A stretch of DNA of 64,000 bases from Pavona decussata (Eukaryota): NCBI GenBank assembly GCA_977016875.1, contig CDRNST010000049.1:5580001-5644000 (forward strand), given 5' to 3'. The notes beneath the pieces are model-generated. The model saw only the letters and a list, made by a program, of their open reading frames with translations. It searched no databases and was not told the origin of the DNA. Shown here piece after piece: positions 48,901 to 60,900 of this stretch (positions are counted from its first letter, which is position 1; each line of letters opens with the position of its first letter). Both the position numbers and the translations under genes were made by a program.

Positions 48901-51900
48901 CAACTCTGTTGATAAAACCAGAGATTTGTTTCCACTCCCCACCAACGCAGCACCATGCACTGTTTTTTTTTTTAACTAACCCCCTTAGCAATTTGTTTTG
49001 TCTGATTATTTACAGAGGAAGTGATACAGCGAATCAAAGAAGCTGGTTTTAAGATTCAGATTGAGAAGGAGGTGTCTCTCACTAAAGAATTAGCAGCCCA
49101 ATTCTACCATGAACACGAGGGTAAAGAGTTCTATGATGGTCTCACTGATCATATGGCGAGGTATATACACTTGATGCCATTTTCCTTATGAACTGTTTCT
49201 TACTCCACCTACATGTAGCTTGCAAAGTGTTTTTTGTAAAGTATGCAATCAGATTGACTTGTTGATAAACCATTTATTCATCAACAAGTACCGGACGAGT
49301 GCTTGAACGTCAGTTTTAATTGTATGAAACAAGTGTCTTAATTATAAGACCAGTACTATAAGTAAGTGATCAATAGACTTTGCTTGAAGAGATTCGTTAG
49401 CTGTTAATGTTGCATGTAATACTTCTTTGCTTTTTATGAGACTCTTTTGGGAGAAACACTTCTTTATTTTGAAATGTCACTTATTATTATGGACATTGAT
49501 TTAAATAATCCAAACAAAAGTCACTTGTAAGTTGTAACCCTTCAGTTCAACTAATATCATAATTGTACAAATTAATTTTGCTTTAGTTGGTATGGACAAT
49601 TTATGCCTGATGATATTGGAAAACCTTCTATAATTGCAGTTATTAAAATAAAAAAAATATGTGAAGAGTTTTAGGCAAAAATATCGGAAGTGACTTTTCT
49701 GCCTTAATTGAAATCAAAATTGCCTCAAATAAGCTACATATTTTGGCAGAGATTAGTTATCATGTAAGAAACTAAGTTCTGGATTTAGTTTTTGGAGTGA
49801 GAGGCTAAAACAAACAAGGGATTAACTTTTTATTTTTATTCAAAATGCAAGTGACCTACATGAAAGAAATGCTTCATTTTATTTGGCTCAGTTTTTAGTA
49901 AAAAGGAAATAAAATAGGCAAATTCTTTGCATCGAATTAACACCCTCTGCATGTCATATTGTATTTTAATCACACGCAACTTAACTTTCGCCCTCTTTTC
50001 CCGCATAATCTGACTTACACAACTTTGAAAATGATGACATGGAGTCATTGAAATGTCAGTCACCATTGCTATTGCTTGTTTTTATTTTAAATTGTTTATC
50101 AAAAACCCTCATTATTATAATCAAAGCATTTGGCTCAAAAACTGTTAAAATGTAGAAGTTTCTCACTTGATAACCAGTCTCAGTTGTGCTAAAATATGGC
50201 TTATTAATTTTGATTTGAAACTAAAAAAGTCACTGTAACGATAGTCTAGTTTGTATAAACCCCTTCAATTTCAAGTAGTCCAGTATTTGTTCTCAATTTG
50301 TTCTAAAGGAAAATGGTTTGTACTTGAATATTTCATATGACTGGCCAGTGCGCATAACTCAGTACCTGACAATTAATGAATTTTCTTCCAGTGAAACTCG
50401 AAATAAAATTAAGTTATTGAAAAATGATGCATCAACCAATTGTGAGCAGGGTTATAAGAAGGCTCGATCCTTAGTCTAGTCACGCTTATTTAATTCATGA
50501 TTTGTGGCTTATTTGATCCTGCAGCCTAATCTAAATAAGCCACAACTTTTGACCATCATAAACACTCTTGCCTTTACATGTAAGTCAAAGTGTTCTGTAT
50601 TTCGTCAAATTGAAAACCCAAGCTCCATTACATGGGCTTTGCCTCTTAAATAATTTTAAGTGCTCAGTACCATGTATGTTAGTGTCATAACGTGACACAC
50701 TTTTCTTTTAAACATCAGTGGTCCTACATTGTTTATGGTACTAACAAGAGAGGATGCAGTCAGTGGATGGAGAGCACTGATGGGACCCACTGATCCACAG
50801 CAAGCTTTGGATGTTGCACCCGACTCGTATGTTTTTTTTTAAATTGGGTCTTTTATAGTGATGCATGAAGTAAGAGTTGATATTTTGCAGGACATAATAT
50901 TCAGAGATGGGGAAGTGGTAGGAGTGGAGTGGTAAATCTGTGACTGCCGAGATACTGATACCACTTCATTATCAATTACAGTCTAATTGACAGAGCTGCT
51001 GTAAAATAATATGCATTTAGCTAGCAATCTCAAAAAACAAGATCGATAAGGCCAGACATGCATTTCTCAATGCTCCTGAAGAACGTTTGGGCCGAAAGGT
51101 ATTCAACTTATCCCTTTTCTACACATTGCCAGTTATTTTTTGTACAAACCAACTCAATGTGTTTCTTAATCTTGGAAAACTTAAAATGTTTTTGCTTTCA
51201 AAATTAAAAAAACTATATTTTTGGTCATGAAGTTTGTGTATGTAAAATAATTTTTCTGGTCTGAAATCTGAGAAGTGCATGCCTGGTCTACAAAATTGGA
51301 GCTTCTGATACTAAGCCTAAACTTTTTGAGTCTCTGGAGTTTTTAAGGGATTATTTAATTGAAAACCCTGGTTTTGAGAACACTTACACCCACATTTGTT
51401 GTTGGTTTTCACCCACAAAAAAGCAAAATCTAAGGTCATAGTGTTTCCTCAATATCTTTTAAAGACCAGATTAAAATTCTAAACAATTTGTATTTTGCAA
51501 CATATTATTATCTTGTTTTGGTTTTGATGTCAGTCTCAACTGGTCTCTATTACTGCTAAGGCCTAAATCATTAAAAATCTATATTCCTCTTTCTTTAAAT
51601 TATATTGCAAAAATTGTGATTGGCATCATTCTCTTATCCTTGTAGTCTTCGGGCGCAGTTTGGTGTGGATTCAATGAAAAATGCTGTACATGGCAGTTCT
51701 TCTCTAGAGAAGGCTGAGAAAGTAATTAAAGAGTTCCTACCTGAGGTTGAAATTTTACCAGATGGAACAGTCAGAGGTTTGAATTTTCAATGTGTATGCA
51801 CATTTTCACAAGCTCACCACCTTGTAATTATGTTAAAATTCGAAGGAGTTTTGTTTTTTTTTTCCTTCCTATGACATTCCACACTGCAGCTCATTAAAAG

Positions 51901-54900
51901 TTTTGTTCTGTGGTTAAGATTTCTTTATTAAGTTAAGTACACTCCTTTTTAACTTGAACTTTTCTTGCCAAGTTATCTTGTCTGTCTCGGCTTTTTGCTA
52001 ATGTGGTTGTCATTTTCAGTTTTTCACGTAACAAACTTGCCTTTCTCCACTTAAATAATATCCAAAAAGGTTGCACAAACAACCTGCAGAAAATGTTATT
52101 TTTCCCTAGCCAGTGATAGACTTGGTGGATTTGGCGAAAGTTCTGTGACTGGGAGAATTGGTTAAGACTAGAGATAGTGAAGATGGTAGGGCCTTTGCAG
52201 ATGGTAGAGAGGGGTTGTAGAGTTGAGTGGGTATAGGAGAGTTGTTGTAGGTGTCTCAGTCTTAATGAATTCATTGACTGCCTCAAAAGCAGTGGGTGCC
52301 TTCTACTTTAACCTTTGTAGTCTGGTTAGATTGCATCAAACCTCCTGAGAACCTTTTGCATTCCCCAGCATAGACCAGTGCTGGTCAACTAGACCAAAGG
52401 TTACACAACACTTGCTTGGTAAAGATGGCAGCAAAGACTTTCTGGAGGGGTTGGGGGCAGTGATTTGGGACTGGATTATGTGGAGTTTTCGGTCAAATTT
52501 CTGGAAATTATGATGCTGTTGGAAATGGTGAAGTTGGTAAAGATGCTGGGTTGATGCAGATGGAGTAACTAAAGTTCATGGGGATAGTGGAGTTGGTGGA
52601 GTTATTGAGGCTTGTGGATTTTGTGAAGTTGGAGTTTGTGAAGTCAGTCAGTAGTGTGGATTTGGTAGACATTGTGTAGTTTCTAGAAATGGTGGGTCAA
52701 TGAAGTAAGCTAGTGTTCATTGTTGAGTTGTTGGGGATGGAGTTGGTGAAAAGGGTGAAGTTGGTGGAGGTGGTGGATTGGTGGAGATGATGACTTTGAT
52801 GGAGTTAGTGAAGATGGTGAAGTGATTGATGTTGTATGTGGAAATGGTAGAGACAGTGTAGTTGCTGGAGTTTGTGGAGTGGGGAGGTGGTGAAGTTGTT
52901 GGATATTGCGAAGTTAGTGGAAATTATCAGTGGATCTGGTGGCGATAATGAAATTGCTGGCGTTTTGGCAATTGTTGGATGTGTTTCAGTAGGTGGAGTA
53001 TGTCTGGATCATGGAGTTCATGTACATAATAGAGATTATGGTGCTTGTGGAGGTGGAGGTGGTGGTGAAAAAGGTGAAGTGGTGAGGTTACTGGTAGGTG
53101 GATGTGGTAGAGTTGTTGGAGTACATGTGTGGAGACAGTGGAGTAGTTGGATATGGTTGTAGTTGGTGGGGATTGAGGGGTTAGTTGGTGGAGTTCTTAA
53201 GGAGTTGCTGAAATTGTTGATCTTGGTGGGGAAGTAGTAAGGGTGGATATGGTAGTCTTGTTAACTGCCTGGTAAAGTTACTTCCTGGTAAATCATCATT
53301 TTGTGGTCTTGATGATGATGAGCATCGTAATCATCATAATTGGTCATCACGATCATGATCATTATCTTACTTTTATCTCCCTTCTCTTTTTTCTGTGAAG
53401 TACCTAAAGATGAACCTGAACCCGACAAAGAGGACCAACAACAAGAGGATAAAGAAATAAATAAAAAACCTGACGGTATGGACGTCTCTTTCTCATGTTT
53501 CTGTATGATTAGTAATTAAACACCAATCAAAGTTCATGTTAATGCAGGATTAGTTTAATCGGCTCTGAACAACTGGGCTCAGATTGTGGATGAATGCCTT
53601 AAGACAATTTGCGTAGTTGTAACGATCAATGGTCTTCATCCCAACTGGGACGTAAGGCTGCAACTAATTTCTGCCACTAGGGGCGATCTCTCAACTGTAA
53701 ACATTAATTTGCTTCATGTGAATTTATTTCAGAGCAATTCAGTGAACCTTTGGGAATGGAAAGTGGTAGCATCCCCAATGATGCCATCAAGGCATCATCT
53801 GAACTTGATGAGCAACACAGTGCTTTAAGAGCTCGCTTGAACACCAAGCCTGAAGGAGAACAGATGGGTGCCTGGGTTCCACTTGAAAGTGATGAGAACC
53901 AGTGGCTTCAGGTGGATCTTGGGAAGGTCACAAGACTTACAAAAATAGCTGTACAAGGAGAAGCTGGTGACAGTTCCCGCCACGTCAAGGAGTTTACTGT
54001 CTCGTGCAGCTTTAGCGAGGAAGGGTTCATAGCTTACAGAGAGGATGGCAGTGAAAAGGTAAACTGTTTCCAGATGTTAGGATCTGTCCACACTAATGCA
54101 TTTTCAAAAATGTCTGTTTTCATCTCGGCGAAAACGAAGCAAAATATTTTCACCCACACTAGAGTTTTCCTATTGTTTTCACCTATCCACACTGAAACGC
54201 TTGAAACCAGAAAAACACGGTGACCTGGGATTGGGCTTGTGTTAACATCACAAGACCATCTGCCTTCTTGGATAGATGCTCTGATTTGGAGTGCAACCGA
54301 TGGCATGTGATGCTTTTTATGTCGCCGTTTTCAAAACTCTCCGTTTTCACCTTTCCCCACTAGAAACGAAGCGTTTTTAAAAGCTTCCACTTTTGAAACC
54401 GTTTTTGAAAGTCTCCATTTTCATCGGCATTTTCGTGCATTTTAGTGTGGACAATAGGCGAAAACGCATAAAAAAGGTATGTGTTTTCAAACGAAAACGT
54501 GTTAGTGTGGACAGGGCCTTAGACTCAATACACACCTCACTAAAAGTGAATGTGTATAATATTATTGCACCTACTAACTCTTCCATATCTTTTGGCCAGG
54601 TTTTTGAGAGCAATTCAGACCAGGACACAGTTGTATTGAACAGTCTAAAGAACCCAGTTATAGCACAGTTCTTGAGACTACAGCCTAAGACCTGGAATGA
54701 AGGCATTGCCATGAGAACTGAGTTTTATGGATATAATGCAGGTATGCATGTCAGTTTAGAAATGATTGGGAGAAGATCTACAAGACATAAAAAATCCCTC
54801 ACATAATCAATTTTCATTGTTTTCAATAGATGCTTTGAATAATTAAACTTCTTAAACTGTCAGTAGAAAAATTAAACTAATGTTGCCCGATGTTACTTCC

Positions 54901-57900
54901 ATCAAGGCAAAGTGAATGAAACTGTCGCCAAGAAAATTATGCCTCTCAACTAATCACCCCCCTTTGAAAGAATTGCTGCATCATTGCTTTAACAAAAACT
55001 CTTACACTGGATCTGTCATCTTTCCATGAAATACAGAACTTTAAAAACATATGACGATGAAGATGTATATGTGATCTGTTTTGGTTGTGTTTTAACAAAG
55101 ACTGATAAATTGACCACTTAGGCTGCCGCCACTGGGGTCTTTCAACTGTAACCATTAATTTGCTTCATGTTATAATTGTCGTGTGATTTATTTTAGAGCA
55201 ATTCAGTGAACCTTTGGGAATGGAGAGTGGTAACATCCCCAATGACGCCATCAAAGCATCAACTGAACTTGATGTACAACACAATGCTTCAAGATCCCGC
55301 TTGAACACCAAGCCTGAAGGAGAACAGGCGGGAGCCTGGGTCCCACTAGAAAGTGATGAGAACCAGTGGCTTCAGGTGGATCTTGGGAAGGTTGTGGAAA
55401 TAACAAAAGTTTGCACTCAGGGTGGTGGTGAAAGTGTAGAGTATCGTGTTAATAGCTACGTCCTGTCATTCAGTGAAGATCAGGAGAACTTTCAGGAATA
55501 TCAGGAAAATGGCGAGACAAAGGTCAATATACACGCTGTTTTGTTCTTTATTAATTTAGGCTCCCTTCCCCCTCCAAACCCACCCACACAACATGGAAAC
55601 AAAAGCATATGGGGGTTAGTTTCTAAAGAAACTGTGTTGTTTCCACGGTGGGGAGAAGAAACAAATGTTTCGTATAATCAGCAGAGTGCATAACTAAAGG
55701 TCATTTGGCCACATACCCTAAGAATATTCGAGATTCACTCTGACGAGGGGCTGCAAATCCGAACTGTTTACGGTGGCCACATTATCTTTGGTAATCAACT
55801 CTGTTGATAAAACCAAACATCCGTGGAAACAAAAGTGTTGTATTGTTTGTGCCTCTGTCCATAATTTGGATAAACAGTTGGTGCGCATTACTTGGTTGGC
55901 ATCATAGATAGCCATTCCCCCATAAAACCTCTATTCAATCCGTTGCTATTGTGGGAATTGGTCCTTTTTGTTGGATTTATAAGAAAAAAACCCTGGAAGG
56001 TGCACAACTACTACAGAATACAGTTATTTTGAAGACTGCTTAAGGGAATTCTGAACTTGCATCAAGCTGCAGGTTATAGTTGTTTATTATTTTCTTTTCT
56101 AAATTCCATCTGTATTTATTCCAGGGCAGTGCTTACCTGGAAAAAAGGGCAATGAGTTCCTCCAAATAAGCGCATCTTAAATGTTGAAAAATTTTCCTTT
56201 CCTCCTCTGTCTTTCTTTCTAAATGTCATACCAATCTAGCGTAACCAAGAAAACGTCAAATTGTTCTTTACGTAACAGCTAAAGCAAGCAACATAAATTT
56301 TTTCCTTTGGTAATTTGCATCTAGTCCTTGTAAAATGCAATATTTTTTGGCTCGAAAAGGTTTTACGCTGTTAGAGTATATGTGAGACGACGAAAGGTTA
56401 CAAAAAAGTAGTTGCATTGCCGCAACAAAATGTTGTGTTAAAAGTTGTCTGCATGCTATGTTGTGTTAAAAATCGTCGTTAAAAGTTGTCTCGTGTTAAC
56501 ATCACCTTAAGTCATATTCACGTCATCGTCTAAAGGTGATGTTTACACAGAACGATTTTTAGTCTTCAAATTAAAATTTCTTTAAAGTTGTTATCACGCA
56601 ACATAGCGTGCGGCAACTTTTAACGAAGCAATTTGTGGCGGCAGCACGACGCTTATATCTGATATGTCGCTTGACATGTCGATCAAGGTATCCTTTACCC
56701 GACTGTGATCGACACTTGACCGATATACAGCCGATGGTTAACCGATAACCCAACGAGAGTTTCTCGGTCCATACATCAACCAATATCATGGAGGCTATTA
56801 GGTAAGTTATCGTTCAAGTCTCGGTCATCAGTCAAGTGGTATATCGGCTGTCTACCCACCAAGTATCGACGGACATATCGATTGTGATAGCGACCGCTTC
56901 CATCGATTGAGGCCCCCATAAGACACATGAAGACAAAGTAAAAAAAAATTATTTGTTTCATGACACATAAATGTTACACACTACACATATAAAATGGGTT
57001 TGGTGATGGGGAGCCTGAGTTTGAAGCTGGGGGCTTATAAGGTCCGGGCTTCCCCAAGCTTAGGATACTACAAAACAGAGTGACAAGAGTTAAGGCACTG
57101 ACACAGTGAAACCTCCTCTGAATCTGTATTGGACACAGAGGCCATGAGAAGGAAAAACAGGACCATAGACAGTGATACAAATTGTACAATTGACAGTCAT
57201 TTAATGGTGGATCATGGTGATGTAGTATACAGGGTGTCATAATCATTTTAGGAGGAGGGCAATTGATTCAATAAATGTGGCTTTGTTTTTACTTTTTAGG
57301 TGTTTGAAGGCAACTCAGATGGCGACACAGCTGTTAGTCACTGGCTCGTTTACCCTGTCAGAGCACGGTACTGTACACTGAAGCCCAAAACATGGAATGA
57401 ACAGATTGCATTAAGATTAGAGCTGTATGGAAAATTGGTAACAGGTAAAAGCTAGACTGCAAAAAGGCATGCAATAATTATACTGACTGTAACAACTAAT
57501 TGTGCGAAAGTGTCGAGTAATATTTTTTTGTAATAATAACTACGTAAGGATTAACAGTCATCTGTTATAATTTTTATATATTATCTTTATTTCAATTGAA
57601 TGTTTTTGTTTTGCACTGGCATTACTTATTAGTACTACAGGAAAACAACTCCGAAAAACATCTTGCCGACTTAAAATATAAGTATAGGCAAGAAGAGAAA
57701 ACATATAAAAGATATAAACGTAATGTTTCGGTTCTTATTCCAAGACCATTATGGAAAGTAAAAAGACAACAATGCGATGAACTTAAAAAGAATGCTTATA
57801 CTTGGAAAGTGTGAATATTAATGACGTATTAAATATAATGGGAATGCACAAGTGAACAACAAGAATGTAAAGCAACAATGCAACAAAGCGGAAAACTACT

Positions 57901-60900
57901 AAATATTGAAATTATAAGTTAAATTAAAACAATACAAGCTGTTATTAGCCACATATAAATATTTCATTGTGTTTTAAATTGATTTTATAACGTGATAAAA
58001 TCATAGCTAGCCATTGTGTAGCCCTGCAGTGCACAGGGTAAAGTATGTGCTTTTGATTTAAGGAAGTTAAATTGCATGGTTCCACAAAATGCCCATATCC
58101 TCATCTCAATGGGCGGTGCCCCTCGGACTTTCCTTCCTCTAAGGATTTTTCACATTGTGATACGGAATGCTTCTGCCTTGCCCAGTGCCAAATGTACAAA
58201 GGGAAGGTTCAGGGAAAATATTATATGGCTTGATGGACAAATAGAAAATAACTTTAAACTTCTGTTTGTTTAGGATAAGTTACGGTTATTGTTCCATTTC
58301 ATAAAGTTAGCATAATTTTGATGTGGAATAATAGTTTCAACACATATGTTCTAGGACACATCCAGAACTTCCTGAACCTCATAACGCACCTTCCCTCTCA
58401 ATATTCCAGAATTCGTACTCTAATTTGCAAAGATGCGGATATTTTCTGGAACCACGCCTGCCTTTCGCAGTATTTCTTTTAACGACCCTTTTTAAAAATG
58501 TAACCAGAATAGCATTTAATTTATTAACCTCTTTCTGCTGAGATACTGAAATTTGATGTTTCAATGATCACTGTAAGATACATTTGGCTTGGTTTTTTGA
58601 CCTTGAATAAGTAGTAAATAGATTTGAATTAAACCTACGTAACATTAACAACCTTCAAACCACTTGGTCCTGGCGGGATACTAATTAACATCACGTGAAG
58701 TACAATAGGCCGTTTCCGACTTGTTTTGGACCTCATTGGCTAAATGGAAAGCTTTTTATATGAAAACAAGATGCCCCTCTAATGGCATTACACGGAATGC
58801 TTAATGTAGCCCCAATTATTCCCCATTGTATGTTTCGCAGATATTTAAAAACTATCCTCCCTTGGCAATTGAAATAATTGTCTGAATGGTTTTATTCAGA
58901 TATATTGCGTGATACTTCAGGAATCATAGGAATCATACCAGAAATAACTATGCAATAGCGTCATGACCCCGCTGAACTGGTCTGGCCTCCTCTAGCTCTA
59001 ATCCTTCGCGTGGATCATTCGATCTGTTTTTTAAAGCGGAGTTTCTTTGCTGCGAACTCTCCCAATTTCCACCGTTTCAACTGTCGAGTACTACCTAGAA
59101 GCTATTATTTCGATTTACTGCTTGAAAAAGGTTTATTTTCTCTCTGAAAACGGCAGATCAAAGTCTTAAATTCATACATGTGGCCGCCATTGAACAAAAA
59201 CAACTTTTCGAAATGATGACTTGCTTTGACGTCACACAGGTAGAGATAAGTGGGTCCCCTCCCTCGTGATATACGCGCCGATAATAGATTTTGATTGGGC
59301 TGTTTTTGTTCAAGACAATCAGAACAATAAATCCCTTCTGGGAGAGGGTAGAATTTAATCAAGGTTTATTGAATAAATCAAATAATGATTTGACGTCACA
59401 CAGGAAGGGATGAGTGAGTCCCCTCTCTCGAGATATGTGCCCGAATAACAGATTTTGATTGGGCCGCTTTTGTTGAAGACAATCAGAACAATACATCCCT
59501 ACCAGGGGAGGACATAATTTAATGCATAAATTAATGTGGCGATTTGTGACTACGACGAAGAAAAAAAAGATACCCAACCGAAACCTAGACACGTCATGCC
59601 CTGCGGGCATTCCGTGTAATTACTTTTGTTTGCATATGAATGAAAAATAATTTTCATGCTAAAAACTGTGGAGGAAGTCTCGCTTTCATAATAAAGTTCA
59701 AAGCAAGCTGGAAATGGTCTATTGGAACTGACTATTAAAGAATAACAGTAGTGCAATATTAAATGTTCCAGAGTTTAAACTTAATTTTTCTTTAACACTG
59801 AAGCAATCCACTGTTTTTGAACTAAAAGCCTGCCTGCGTATTGAAACTTGTGTGGTAGTTGTTTAGTCCATTTTATTCCTTTTTATTTTATCTTCGTTTT
59901 AGTTAACGTTAATTTGATTGTGGCATACCTAACGTTAATCAATCAAGTTTCCTTGATATTAATGACAATGCCATTGATAAAGATAATTATTAAAGACATT
60001 TTAAACCAACATTGAGTACCACTTAACACTACTAATATGTATTTTTTAACACAGTAAACTGTATTTAGTGTGCAACAAAGATGGGCGGTACACCCCATGC
60101 CCTTTGGAACACCAGCCAGATGATCACTGAGCTGCTGCAAAGGGAGACTCACGGCAAGCTAGCCTGGACACTGTTTTGTGGTAAACCGAAGACGGTGAAT
60201 TGCGTATCCCAGTCCGTTTAACATACTACCATCTTTCTTTTTATGCACACTTGTTTTTCTGCACATTTGTTCGTTAGAGTATGTATGGTCCCATGCAATT
60301 TCAGAGCTAAAAAACCACAGGTCTCATGACTGGTTTGACAAGAGATGCGTGAGAGATTTACGACAAACGGCAAAAATGACCACATGACCACGATTTTCCT
60401 ACATTTCGGGTCGCGGTTTTCCGTTTCTAAGTAAGGTAGTTTCGCGTTAGCATCAAAGGTCAGATTTATTTTGCACTATGTTTGTCTACTCACTACTTCT
60501 ATTTAAGAAACGATAACACGAATCTAACGTTTGCTGTGTCTGTAAACGCAATCCTAAATCTTTCTAACAGTTCACATCACATTGGTAGCCTCTGCCCTCG
60601 AGTAACTTGCTTGTGAAATAATGACACTTTGTTTAATCACCTTTGGCATTAAAAAAGCAAAAACAGATATGAAACAAGAAACTTAAGAACGAATTAAACA
60701 GAGTACTAAATTTAAAAAAAACATAAACTACCAACTTTGAGCCATAAACGACAATGTATTTCTATAAGCTTGCAAACCATGTCAGACCTTAGATGATATT
60801 AAGGAACCAGTGTGTTATCAATGAACTGCTGCCATCTACATGTTTCACAGTCTTAAATGCACTTGAACTCTCATCGAGTTGAATCCTGGCGCGTAACTAC

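Noticed and set aside
53750-55693. Independent secreted discoidin / lactadherin-like gene
   Set aside because: No signal-peptide exon or own start. Phase-1 junctions link to NDK3 and the tail, and the disulfide Cys are missing. Not fully excluded without transcripts.
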